Assembly (NCBI GenBank): GCA_027008775.1
Contig: JALVDV010000010.1
Span: forward strand, 32,529-96,528
Source of the DNA: Candidatus Moraniibacteriota bacterium
GTDB taxonomy: Bacteria; Patescibacteriota; Minisyncoccia; Moranbacterales; DUUL01
Length of the DNA: 64,000 nucleotides
Direction: 5' to 3'
Under the pieces are notes generated by a model, which worked only from the letters and a program-made list of their open reading frames with translations, was not told the origin of the DNA and did no database searches. This document shows, in pieces, positions 27,495-36,272 of the stretch (positions are counted from its first letter, which is position 1; each line of letters starts with the position of its first letter). A program made the translations under genes and the position numbers.

Positions 27495-28202
27495 TCATAA
27501 CTTGGAAAGCCTTTTAATACTAATTTCGCCAAAGGCACCCTCTTGTCGCACGGTGATGAAACGCTGTTTTAACATTTCCAAAATCGCCAAGAAAGAAACT
27601 ACGACTTCCGCTTTATCTTGACTGTTTTTCACCAATTCCCGAAAACTGATTTCCACCCGTTGGGAGATTGATTTTTTAAGAGAAGCCAGCTTTTCTTCCA
27701 GGCTGATTGTTTTTTCTATGGTTTCTTCGGCCAGAACCGCCGGCGTTTCATCTCTTTTTAATAGTGAGGTCAAGGCTTTGGCTAATTCCGTTTTTTCCAA
27801 GGGGGGAAAGGAGGGTTTCACTTGGATAGGAATTGTTTGCTCACGACAAAAAGCAATCCTTTGTTGTTGCCAGCGTCGACCAAGTTGCCGAGCGGCCTTT
27901 TTGAATTTTTTATATTCTCTTAATCTCTCTTCCAATTCTTTGATGTCTTCCTCTTCCTCGGCGGTTAGTTCAAAAAAAGGCAGGAGCACCTTTGATTTGA
28001 TTAAAATAAGTTGAGAAGCAACAAACAAAAACTCGGCAAGATTTTGCAAACTAACCTCTTCCCTCTCTTTTAAATAAGCCAGAAAATCGTCCGTCACTTT
28101 GGCCAAGGAAACAGAAGTTACATCAAGTTTTCTTTTTTCTATCAATTCCAATAATAGAGGCAGTGGTCCTTTAAATTCATCTAGCTGAACTTGGTATTGC
28201 AT
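27495..28202 (-). CDS. scpA: segregation and condensation protein A
   Basis: FKGPLPLLLELIEKRKLDVTSVSLAKVTDDFLAYL matches the ScpA N-terminus. Confidence 0.85.
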   Translation of the reverse strand: MQYQVQLDEFKGPLPLLLELIEKRKLDVTSVSLAKVTDDFLAYLKEREEVSLQNLAEFLFVASQLILIKSKVLLPFFELTAEEEEDIKELEERLREYKKFKKAARQLGRRWQQQRIAFCREQTIPIQVKPSFPPLEKTELAKALTSLLKRDETPAVLAEETIEKTISLEEKLASLKKSISQRVEISFRELVKNSQDKAEVVVSFLAILEMLKQRFITVRQEGAFGEISIKRLSKL

Positions 28203-28207
28203 AGCAT

Positions 28208-29998
28208 TTACTTGGCGGTTTTTTTAATTTTCAAGCCCAATTCATCCAATTGTTCCGGCGAAACTTCCGAAGGACTGCCCAGCATTAAATCTTTCCCTTG
28301 TCCATCTTTGGGGAAAGCGTAAATATCCCGAATGGATTCGGCGTCAACCAACTCCATATACAGTCTGTCTATGCCGGGAGCGTTTCCCCCATGGGGTGGA
28401 GCGCCAAATTTCAGAGCCTCCACCATATGCCCAAACTTTTCATCAACTTCCTCTTTGGAATAGCCGGCAATAGCAAAAGCTTTGTACATTATTTCCGGGC
28501 GATGATTACGAATAGCCCCACTGGAAATTTCCAAGCCGTTTAAAATCAAATCGTACTGGTAGGCCAAGATATCCAATGGATTTTTTGTTTCCAAATCTTT
28601 AAGACCGCCTTGGGGCATGGAAAAAGGGTTGTGGCTAAAATCTATTTTACCCTCTTCAATCTCCGAATAGTCATACATGGGGAAATCGGTGATCCAAGCG
28701 AAGGCGGCTTTGTTTTTATCTTTCAAGTTTAATTTTTCGCCACATTTATCTCTGACTATTCCCAAGGAATCGCAAACAGTGCGCCACTGATCGGCTCCAA
28801 AGAAAATAATGTCACCTGCTTTTGCTCCTACTTTCTCAACAATTTTGTCAACCGTTTCTTTTCCTAAAAATTTAACTATGGGTGATTGGTACTCTCCGCT
28901 TTCTTTGATAACAATATAGGCCAATCCCTTGGCGCCCTTACTAATGGCTAATTCCGTTAATTCATCTATTTCTTTGCGAGAAAAACGGGCGCCACCGGGA
29001 ATTCTGAGAGCATGGACCACTCCACCTCTTTCCACCGCTTGGCGGAATACGGCAAATTCGGAATTTTTAACCAGATTGGTAATCGCTTTAATTTGCAAAT
29101 CAAAACGCAAATCCGGTTTATCGGAGCCGTAAAGATTCATTGCTTCTCGCCAGGGTATTTGCGGAAACGAATTGTCAGGATTTAAATTGATTATTTTTTT
29201 ATTGCTTAATTCTTTTACCAATTCAATCATTAACGGTTCCATTATTTTGAAAATATCTTCCTGTTCTACGAAAGCCATTTCCATATCCAATTGGTAAAAT
29301 TCGCCAAAATGTCTGTCCCGACGAGGGTCTTCATCGCGAAAACAAGGAGCGATTTGAAAATATTTGTCCACACCGCCAACCATCAAAAGTTGTTTGAACT
29401 GTTGCGGCGCTTGGGGTAGAGCGTAAAATTTGCCAGGATAAAGACGAGAGGGAACCAGCCAATCACGAGCGCCTTCCGGAGAAGAGTTGGCCAAGATTGG
29501 AGTTTGGATTTCCCGAAAGTCACGCTGTGAAAAATACTTCCTGATTATCCTGATCATTTCTTCTCGCCCGCGCAGAAGTTTTTGGATTTTTCGCCGGCGA
29601 AGATCCAAATAACGATATTTTAATCTGATGGTTTCATTGGCTTCTTCAGGGCCGTCTATTTCAAAAGGAGGTGTTTTAGCTTTGTTAAGAATTTCTAATT
29701 CGTTCACTCCGATTTCCACTGCGCCGGTAGTCAACTTGGGGTTAATCATATCCTGAGGTCTGGCCAAAACCTTGCCAGCCACTTTTATTACCCATTCGCT
29801 TCTCAGCTTATCGGCTTCTTGGTAGGCTTTTCTGTCAATACTGGGATCAAATTTAAGTTGGGTAATGCCATATTGATCTCGCAGGTCAATGAAAATTACC
29901 CCGCCATGGTCCCGTCGTTTGTTAACCCAGCCGGACATTACAACTTTTTTACCGACATCCTCTTTGTTAAGTTCTCCACAATTATTGGTACGGTACAT
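28208..29998 (-). CDS. aspS: aspartate--tRNA ligase
   Basis: Class IIb aaRS motifs (FRDEDPRRDRHFGEFYQLDMEMAF, GGVVHALRIPG, GNAPGIDRLYMEL) and N-terminal OB anticodon-binding domain. Confidence 0.92.
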   Translation of the reverse strand: MYRTNNCGELNKEDVGKKVVMSGWVNKRRDHGGVIFIDLRDQYGITQLKFDPSIDRKAYQEADKLRSEWVIKVAGKVLARPQDMINPKLTTGAVEIGVNELEILNKAKTPPFEIDGPEEANETIRLKYRYLDLRRRKIQKLLRGREEMIRIIRKYFSQRDFREIQTPILANSSPEGARDWLVPSRLYPGKFYALPQAPQQFKQLLMVGGVDKYFQIAPCFRDEDPRRDRHFGEFYQLDMEMAFVEQEDIFKIMEPLMIELVKELSNKKIINLNPDNSFPQIPWREAMNLYGSDKPDLRFDLQIKAITNLVKNSEFAVFRQAVERGGVVHALRIPGGARFSRKEIDELTELAISKGAKGLAYIVIKESGEYQSPIVKFLGKETVDKIVEKVGAKAGDIIFFGADQWRTVCDSLGIVRDKCGEKLNLKDKNKAAFAWITDFPMYDYSEIEEGKIDFSHNPFSMPQGGLKDLETKNPLDILAYQYDLILNGLEISSGAIRNHRPEIMYKAFAIAGYSKEEVDEKFGHMVEALKFGAPPHGGNAPGIDRLYMELVDAESIRDIYAFPKDGQGKDLMLGSPSEVSPEQLDELGLKIKKTAK

Positions 29999-30233
29999 AT
30001 TTATTCCTGATTAAATCTTAACGACAATTATCTTTACTGACTCTGATTTGAGCTGTCTAAAGACGATCTAACCAACCTATTATCCGGTTAGAAGATGAGA
30101 TTTGCTTTCCAACAAGCCCACTCTAGCACACAAATTGACAAATATCAATAAAATGCTGTAGTTTGGAAAGGCAGAAAAGTCTTGTGCTACAACAGTGAAG
30201 TTCGTGTTGTTTAATTATTTTCCTTGAAAATTT

Positions 30234-30557
30234 ATGAAATTTAGAGTACCCAATAATTTGAGTCACAATCTCGACTATATAGTTCGCCAGGCCGGTTATT
30301 TCCCTATTTTTGACAAGTACAGTAAAAAAAGTAGTCACATCAGGCCCTTGAGCGACCAACGCTATCCACGTTTCCATTTATACACACAAGAGGAGGAAGG
30401 ACAAGTTGTTTTTGATCTTCACTTGGACCAATCTTCCACCAGATATGATAAGCAGAAAGCGCATCGGGCTGATTACGATAGTGAAGAAGTGAGGAATGAA
30501 TTGGCAAGAATATACGGAGTCGTGGAGAAATTCCTGTCAGAGAAAACGGGGAATTAA
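30234..30557 (+). CDS. hypothetical protein, 107 aa; orphan plus-strand gene in a minus-strand region
   Basis: Charged, balanced ORF. A TTGACA-17/18nt-TAGTTT promoter-like sequence sits at about 30135-30164. The overlapping minus-strand ORF 30123-30377 looks spurious. Confidence 0.4.
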   Translation: MKFRVPNNLSHNLDYIVRQAGYFPIFDKYSKKSSHIRPLSDQRYPRFHLYTQEEEGQVVFDLHLDQSSTRYDKQKAHRADYDSEEVRNELARIYGVVEKFLSEKTGN

Positions 30558-30570
30558 GGTTGAATTTACC

Positions 30571-30638
30571 TAGGGGCTTCTCCTTTTTAATATTTGGTCA
30601 ATCTTTCTAGACGCTATTTTCTACCTGATGGTTGACGC
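30571..30638. repeat. partial third copy (left half only) of the 23546/47537 inverted-repeat element
   Basis: GGGGCTTCTCCTTTTTAATATTTGG...TATTTTCTACCTGATGGTTGACGC aligns with copy 1 (GGGGTTTTTCCTTTTCTAATATTTAAGC...TTATTTTCTACCTGATGTTTAACAC). Confidence 0.45.
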
Positions 30639-30644
30639 TTGTCA

Positions 30645-30680
30645 AAAAGCGCCCCTCCCGGCGGGAGGGGCGCTTAAAAA
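30645..30680. terminator. GC-rich bidirectional rho-independent terminator downstream of the dsbA-like gene
   Basis: AAAAAGCGCCCCTCCCGGCGGGAGGGGCGCTTAAAAAA: roughly 11-bp GC stem flanked by A/T runs. Confidence 0.7.
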
Positions 30681-30682
30681 AT

Positions 30683-31927
30683 CTATTTATTCTCCGAAGT
30701 TTTATCTTTCTCCGCTTGTTCCTTTTCTCCTTCCGTCTTTTTTCCGTTCTGTTTATCTATTTCTCCCTGGATAATCTGTTTTAATTGTTGCGTCGGAACA
30801 AGTCCGCCGACGAATTGGTCGTTAATAAACAAAGCCGGGGTGCCGGTAATACCAAAATCTTGAGCCTCGCTAACGGAATTGTTTATTTCCTTTTCGTATT
30901 TTTTCTCATCCAAACACTTATTAAAATCTTCCGGATTCATTTTTAGACTAACGGCTTGTTTTTTGAAGAATTTATTAGCTTGCTCATCATTCAGTTTCCC
31001 CCAAGTATTTTGAGTTTTGTAAAGTCGGTTAGACATCTGCCAAAATTTGTCTTGTTCTTTGGCGCAACGAGCAGCTAAAGCGGCATTTTTGGACTGCTGG
31101 TGAAATTCCAAAGGAAGATCTTTGTAGACTAAAACTACTTGTCCATCAAACTCTTTGGCAACCTTGAGAATGTCACTGAAAAACTTGGCGCAATAAGGAC
31201 ACTGATGATCGGAAAATAAGAAAATTTTCACCTTGGCATCCTTTTGACCAATAATGGGATCACCTTCTTTGATGGTTGGCAGTTCAATATATTTTCCCAC
31301 CGGCAAACCTAAAGCGGAAACATTTAAAATGTAGTCATTGCCATCTTTGGCTTTATTAAAAATCGCTTTGGCTTCTCCGTTGTAAAATTTGGTTTTTTCC
31401 AAGTCTTTGGAGAAAACCAGGGCCGGCAATGATTTTAAATGATCATTTTTTACCAATTCTTGTCCGGCGGGAGAATTAACATCAACTTCTTTAATAACCA
31501 AAGTGGGAACAACTTTCTTCAAAACATCAATAACCTCCGGAGGCAGTTGACATCCGGGACAATCTTTATTTTTACTATCGGTTAAAATTTTCAGTTCCAC
31601 TATCGGTTCATCATAAGCCACCCAAGTCTTACCATCCAAAGAAAAAATGCGCGCATTTTTTAGAGCATGGGGCGAGTATCCTTTTTTAGTAACCAATTGT
31701 CCAACGTCCACTAACAAGCTACCGATTAACAGACCGGTCAATAAGATAATGAGTGCAATATAATTTTTCACTTTTTTATTAACTTTGTCTTCCTCAATGA
31801 TCTCATCAATTGTTTTCCCCTCCAAAAAATCCTCCTCGTTTTCCTCAGAAATATTCTTGGTTTCCACCACCTCGGCGACAATCTTGTTTTCCTTTTTATT
31901 TTTCTTGTTTTTCTTCTTTTTACTCAT
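30683..31927 (-). CDS. membrane-anchored thiol:disulfide oxidoreductase with two thioredoxin-like CxxC motifs (CPGC and CPYC); DsbA family
   Basis: N-terminal TM (IALIILLTGLLIGSLLV), CPGC in the first domain, DHQCPYCAKF in the DsbA-like second domain. Confidence 0.75.
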   Translation of the reverse strand: MSKKKKNKKNKKENKIVAEVVETKNISEENEEDFLEGKTIDEIIEEDKVNKKVKNYIALIILLTGLLIGSLLVDVGQLVTKKGYSPHALKNARIFSLDGKTWVAYDEPIVELKILTDSKNKDCPGCQLPPEVIDVLKKVVPTLVIKEVDVNSPAGQELVKNDHLKSLPALVFSKDLEKTKFYNGEAKAIFNKAKDGNDYILNVSALGLPVGKYIELPTIKEGDPIIGQKDAKVKIFLFSDHQCPYCAKFFSDILKVAKEFDGQVVLVYKDLPLEFHQQSKNAALAARCAKEQDKFWQMSNRLYKTQNTWGKLNDEQANKFFKKQAVSLKMNPEDFNKCLDEKKYEKEINNSVSEAQDFGITGTPALFINDQFVGGLVPTQQLKQIIQGEIDKQNGKKTEGEKEQAEKDKTSENK

Positions 31928-31975
31928 AGATTTGATTTAGGAAATTATATCTTAAACCCTCCCAAATTGTTGGTT

Positions 31976-32326
31976 TTACTTATTTTCTTTGGTTTCTTCT
32001 TTTTCTTCCAACGGTTGCCCTTTGGTTTCGGTCTGTTCCGACTCGCCATTGAAATTAATTTCGCCGTTTTTTTCGTTTTCAACTGGAGCCGAGTTAACCG
32101 AAGAATTTGTTTCTTGTGATGAGACGTGATCATCACTTTTAATTTTTTGGCCAACCAACGACTGATTCCATTGCGACAATTTATAATCATCATAACCGAT
32201 GGTTACAGTCTGCAGGGCTTGCAATTTCAAAAAATAGCCCAGGGCAATTCCAACCAGTAGAAGTATCAGATTTTTTAAAGTAAACAAACCACTGCCCCTC
32301 CCCTCCTGAAGTTGCTCTTCGTTCAT
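31976..32326 (-). CDS. hypothetical small membrane-anchored protein (116 aa)
   Basis: One TM helix (LILLLVGIALGYFL) then an acidic, S/N/E-rich tail. The alternative overlapping ORF 31945-32193 is a poly-K artefact. Confidence 0.4.
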   Translation of the reverse strand: MNEEQLQEGRGSGLFTLKNLILLLVGIALGYFLKLQALQTVTIGYDDYKLSQWNQSLVGQKIKSDDHVSSQETNSSVNSAPVENEKNGEINFNGESEQTETKGQPLEEKEETKENK

Positions 32327-32388
32327 ATTTTTTTCTTAGATTTTTAAGTTGTTTAGTATAATAACAAAAAAATCGGAAATGTAAACAC

Positions 32389-33585
32389 TTATGGATTCCA
32401 ATCGCCGTTTTCTTTGATCAGTTCTATCAATCTTTCCAAAGCTTTACTCTCGTCTATATTTTTCTCCACAACCTCCCCTTTTCTGTAAAGAGTGATTTTC
32501 CCCGGAGCGCCGCCAACATAACCATAATCGGCGCCGGCCATTTCTCCGGGACCGTTAACAATGCAACCCATCACGGCAATTTTTAAACCTTTAAGATTTC
32601 CCAATTTCTCCTTTATCTTTTTGGTAACTTTTTCAATGTCAAAAAGGGTACGTCCGCAGGAAGGACAGGAAATGAATTCGGTTTTGGTAATTCTTCTCTG
32701 GGTGGCTTGCAAAATGGAATAACAAACAGGAATTTCCTTTTCCGGAGCCTCTGTTAGAGAAACTCTGATAGTGTCACCCAATCCTTCCAACAAGAGAACG
32801 CCGATACCAATAGTTGACTTGGCGCGCCCGTCTTCGGCCAGTCCGGCCTCTGTCACGCCCAAATGAATTGGGTAATCCATGCCATTTTCATCCATGGTTT
32901 TGGCCAAAAGACGGTTGGCTTCTATCATTACCAGTGGGTCTGATGATTTTATGGCCACCACCAAGTTGTTGTAATCATATTTTTTGAAAATGCGCAAATA
33001 CTCCATAACACTTTCCACCAAGCCCAAAGGCGTATTACCGTATTTTTCCAAGATTCGCGGGGAAAGGGAGCCATGATTGGTGCCGATACGAACGGGAATA
33101 TTTTTTTCTTTCAACTTCTCAATGAAGGGTTTGAGGGTTTCCTCAATGGCCGACAAAGCTTCTTGATATTCTTTGCTAGTAAAACTTTTTTTGCCGGCAA
33201 ATTTGTGTCCAAACAAACCAGGATTTATTCGCAGTTTATCAGCCCACTTCATCGCCTCATAGGCTGGAGTTAAAGTGAAATGAATGTCGGCAATCAGCGG
33301 AATTTCCAAATTATATTTTTGACGCAATATTTCCTTAATCTTTTTTAAGGCTCTGGCGTGTTCGGGCGTTTGCGTGGTTAACCGAATCAATTCCGCTCCG
33401 GCCCGAGCGCACTTAACAATTTGTTCTACGGTAGCCGGAATATCTTTAGTGTCAGTGTTAGTCATGGTTTGCACCCTGATAGCGTTCCGACCTCCGATGC
33501 CAACCCCACCAACCATCACCTCCCTGGTTTTGCGTCGTGACCAAAGAGCAGTTGTTGTTTTTTTGTTCATTGGTTGCTTTTTCAT
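32389..33585 (-). CDS. ispG: 4-hydroxy-3-methylbut-2-en-1-yl diphosphate synthase (GcpE)
   Basis: GcpE TIM-barrel motifs (VGGVGIGG, RVSLTE) and the C-terminal 4Fe-4S cysteines (ISCPSCGR, GCIVNGPGE). Confidence 0.9.
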   Translation of the reverse strand: MKKQPMNKKTTTALWSRRKTREVMVGGVGIGGRNAIRVQTMTNTDTKDIPATVEQIVKCARAGAELIRLTTQTPEHARALKKIKEILRQKYNLEIPLIADIHFTLTPAYEAMKWADKLRINPGLFGHKFAGKKSFTSKEYQEALSAIEETLKPFIEKLKEKNIPVRIGTNHGSLSPRILEKYGNTPLGLVESVMEYLRIFKKYDYNNLVVAIKSSDPLVMIEANRLLAKTMDENGMDYPIHLGVTEAGLAEDGRAKSTIGIGVLLLEGLGDTIRVSLTEAPEKEIPVCYSILQATQRRITKTEFISCPSCGRTLFDIEKVTKKIKEKLGNLKGLKIAVMGCIVNGPGEMAGADYGYVGGAPGKITLYRKGEVVEKNIDESKALERLIELIKENGDWNP

Positions 33586-33673
33586 TGTTTAGAAATAAGA
33601 TTGCCTTTTTGCGGAAGGCCATTTTATTATAGCTCTTTGTTTCTTTTCGGTCCACAACAGAGCCGAAAAACGG

Positions 33674-33702
33674 TTGACAAATTTGCCAATCAGTACTACT
33701 AT
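33674..33702 (+). promoter_or_regulatory. sigma70-like promoter (TTGACA-17nt-TACTAT) upstream of the tad locus
   Basis: Hexamers read directly, about 65 nt upstream of the tadE-like start. Confidence 0.45.
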
Positions 33703-33765
33703 GAGTTGTTATTTCCGTTAAGTTCTCTATTACCGGTTTGACCGTTTATATTTAATTTTTTTGAA

Positions 33766-34224
33766 GTGATTAGCGATTTTTTTCGAAAACTCGGTTTTAA
33801 GTTTAAACTCCCGGCTCAGCGAGGACAGTCGGCGGTGGAATTGGCTATTGTTTTGCCAATTCTGCTTTTCCTTCTGTTGTTTTTAATCAATATCGGTTTT
33901 TATCTTCAGGCTAATCTGGAGGTGTCTTTTGCCGCTCAGCAAGGAGTTCGTGCGGGTAGCTTGACAAATGATAATGATAAAATTCTGGGAATAATTAAAA
34001 AATCTCTGCAAAATTTGCGTGATCACGAAAAAAGAACCAACGTTATTATTACACCCGCCCAGGAAACGGCTCGTCACCGGGGAGACGAATTGAGAGTAAA
34101 GGTTTCCTACGCTTACCCGCCACCTTTCAAATTAACTCTGCCCTTTGGTCCGCGGAACAATTTTTTCAACAAAGACAGTTTGATTATAGAAAGCGTGGCA
34201 GTGGCGCGAATGGAATCAGAATAA
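33766..34224 (+). CDS. TadE-like pilus assembly protein (Flp-type pseudopilin)
   Basis: N-terminal RGQSAVELAIVLPILLFLLLFLI, a TadE/Flp prepilin-type leader and hydrophobic segment. Confidence 0.7.
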   Translation: MISDFFRKLGFKFKLPAQRGQSAVELAIVLPILLFLLLFLINIGFYLQANLEVSFAAQQGVRAGSLTNDNDKILGIIKKSLQNLRDHEKRTNVIITPAQETARHRGDELRVKVSYAYPPPFKLTLPFGPRNNFFNKDSLIIESVAVARMESE

Positions 34225-34261
34225 ATCTTTTTCTGATAAATAAATATTTGTAATTGAAGAA

Positions 34262-34813
34262 ATGTCTAAAATTATTCGGCAGAAAAAAGAAGAAGGGAGT
34301 GTCTTAGTAATTGTAGCTCTTTTTTTGCCGGTTGTTTTGGCTTTATTGGCTCTGCTTATCAACAGCGGAATTTTTTATTACATCAAATCCACTCAGGCGG
34401 GAATGGCTAATCGCGCCACCGCGTCGGCTATGAGCGTGGTGGCGGACAAAATGACCGAGATCGTCAATGAAAAAATTAAAAACGATCCCACCTGCTGTTC
34501 ACCCGCAACAAAAGTTTGGGAAAACCTTTCTGATGAAGACAGAATTTTTTTAACACATAATTCTCAGTTTAAAAACCAAGTGGAGGAAACTCTCAAGGAA
34601 TATTTACAGAAAAATATGCAGAACACCATACCACTGCTGAAGAAGGCTGAGGTGAAGGAGTTGAATATTGCTTATCCGTACAATTACGATTTGGCGGATC
34701 GCTTTTTGAAGCTACACCTCAATTTTACTCTGGCTGTTCCGCTGGTCCTGCAGAATGAACGAAAGATTAAAGACATTCCCGTGGAGGCGGAAAGTCAAAT
34801 TAGGATTAAATAA
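34262..34813 (+). CDS. second TadE/TadG-like pseudopilin
   Basis: N-terminal EGSVLVIVALFLPVVLALLALLI hydrophobic segment resembling TadE/TadG. Confidence 0.55.
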   Translation: MSKIIRQKKEEGSVLVIVALFLPVVLALLALLINSGIFYYIKSTQAGMANRATASAMSVVADKMTEIVNEKIKNDPTCCSPATKVWENLSDEDRIFLTHNSQFKNQVEETLKEYLQKNMQNTIPLLKKAEVKELNIAYPYNYDLADRFLKLHLNFTLAVPLVLQNERKIKDIPVEAESQIRIK

Positions 34814-34850
34814 TTTTTAAAAGACGAATAATTTTTAACGAGTAAACAAA

Positions 34851-35540
34851 ATGAAAGAAAAAAATTCCTTGACAAGCGCTGATTGGCAGAAAAAATTTCA
34901 CCGACGAAAAGTTTTGCTCTTGGCAATTTCTTTGGGGGTAGCGATTTTTGTTTCTTTAAATACTTACAAGATAGTCAACCGGGCGCGTCATAAAGCTGAA
35001 TTGGTGACGGTGGTAGTGAGCAAGAACGGCATTTCTCAGGACCAAGTGGTATCGGCCAGTGATTTAACTTTCCGACATTTTCGCAGAGATCAATTGCCGG
35101 AAAAAGCGATTTTTAAAAAAGAAACCGTTTTGGGAAAAAGCGCTTTGACAGATATCCCTAAAAATCAAATTCTAACCGCCGGATTTTTTATTAAAAGAAA
35201 AAATCCTCATTCTCTGAGCGCCAAGCTGAGTGACAATAAGCAAGCTTTTACTTTGGGAACCGACTGGCTAAGCTCTCCTTTGCCGAAAGTTCAGCCGGGC
35301 GACCTGGTGGATGTCATAGCAAGTCGTTCTTACGAGGAGAAAAACAAAGCTGTTGCCGAACAAAAGGAGGTTTTAAAAACTCAGACGAAATTGCTATTGG
35401 CGGGCGCTAAAGTTTTGGCAGTGGAAAATAAAGACAAGCTAAGCAAAGGTTATTTGGTTTTAGAGGTAACGCCGGAGGAGGCAAAAAACCTACTTTCCGC
35501 GCGCGCTCTGCAATTTTTAATGAATATTGTTATCAGATAA
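34851..35540 (+). CDS. cpaB: Flp pilus assembly protein CpaB/RcpC-like
   Basis: N-terminal TM helix, then a SAF-like segment (ELVTVVVSKNGISQDQVVSASDL) and the characteristic C-terminal beta region. Confidence 0.6.
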   Translation: MKEKNSLTSADWQKKFHRRKVLLLAISLGVAIFVSLNTYKIVNRARHKAELVTVVVSKNGISQDQVVSASDLTFRHFRRDQLPEKAIFKKETVLGKSALTDIPKNQILTAGFFIKRKNPHSLSAKLSDNKQAFTLGTDWLSSPLPKVQPGDLVDVIASRSYEEKNKAVAEQKEVLKTQTKLLLAGAKVLAVENKDKLSKGYLVLEVTPEEAKNLLSARALQFLMNIVIR

Positions 35541-36272
35541 ATGACGGTAATACTTTGCGCTCAGGCCAAGGGAGGAGTGGGAAACAGTTTGTTGGCGACA
35601 AACCTGGCCTATCTTTTGGCGGAGAAAAAGAAACGAGTGTTATTGCTGGACGCTAATAAATTGTCTGACATCCCCTCCTTGTTTGCTATTAAATCGGGCA
35701 AGAATGTTGCCAATCTTTGGGAATTTTTCCGTGAAGGAAGCGAGAAAATTAGCTCTAAAAAAATCCGCGGTTTTTTTAATAAAACTGTTTATGCCGTGGA
35801 TAACTTGGATGTTTTACTGGCCGACAGTGAACAACGTTTTTCGGGGATGAAACACTACCGGGAAATTCTGACTTATGCCAAAAAAATTTATGACTTCATT
35901 GTGATAGATAGCGGGGCTAACAATTTCAAACTGTTGACCGCTTTGCTAGCCAATCTGGATTTGGTTCTTTTAACCACCACGCCCGACCGAACGGCTCTTG
36001 ATAAAACCCTTCTTTGGCTGGAAAAAACAAGGGGACAGTTGGAAGAAAACGGTTTGGAAATTGATTTAATTGTGAACCAAGCTGATGGCTTTCAAAAGAA
36101 AGAAATGGAAACAATTTTCGCCCTGCCCTGTCAAGGAATTTTGCCGAGAGACAATAAAACGATTTGGGAAAATGTTAACTGGGGCGTACCAGCGGTGAGC
36201 AACCGACGCTCTCCTTGGGGACGCGCCCTGGAAAAACTGACTGCTAAATTGCTAAGAGAAAAAAATGCTTAA
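35541..36272 (+). CDS. CpaE/TadZ-like ParA/MinD-family protein with a degenerate Walker A (KGGVGNS)
   Basis: AKGGVGNSLLATNLA deviant Walker A lacking the second Lys, plus Walker B-like IVIDSG; positioned between cpaB and cpaF. Confidence 0.65.
   Translation: MTVILCAQAKGGVGNSLLATNLAYLLAEKKKRVLLLDANKLSDIPSLFAIKSGKNVANLWEFFREGSEKISSKKIRGFFNKTVYAVDNLDVLLADSEQRFSGMKHYREILTYAKKIYDFIVIDSGANNFKLLTALLANLDLVLLTTTPDRTALDKTLLWLEKTRGQLEENGLEIDLIVNQADGFQKKEMETIFALPCQGILPRDNKTIWENVNWGVPAVSNRRSPWGRALEKLTAKLLREKNA

Noticed and set aside
30123-30377. 84-aa minus-strand ORF overlapping the 30234 plus-strand gene
   Set aside because: Cys-rich, low-complexity C-terminus (CCSTRLFCLSKLQHFIDICQFVC) with no RBS or promoter context. 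The plus-strand ORF has the better coding character and its own promoter-like sequence.
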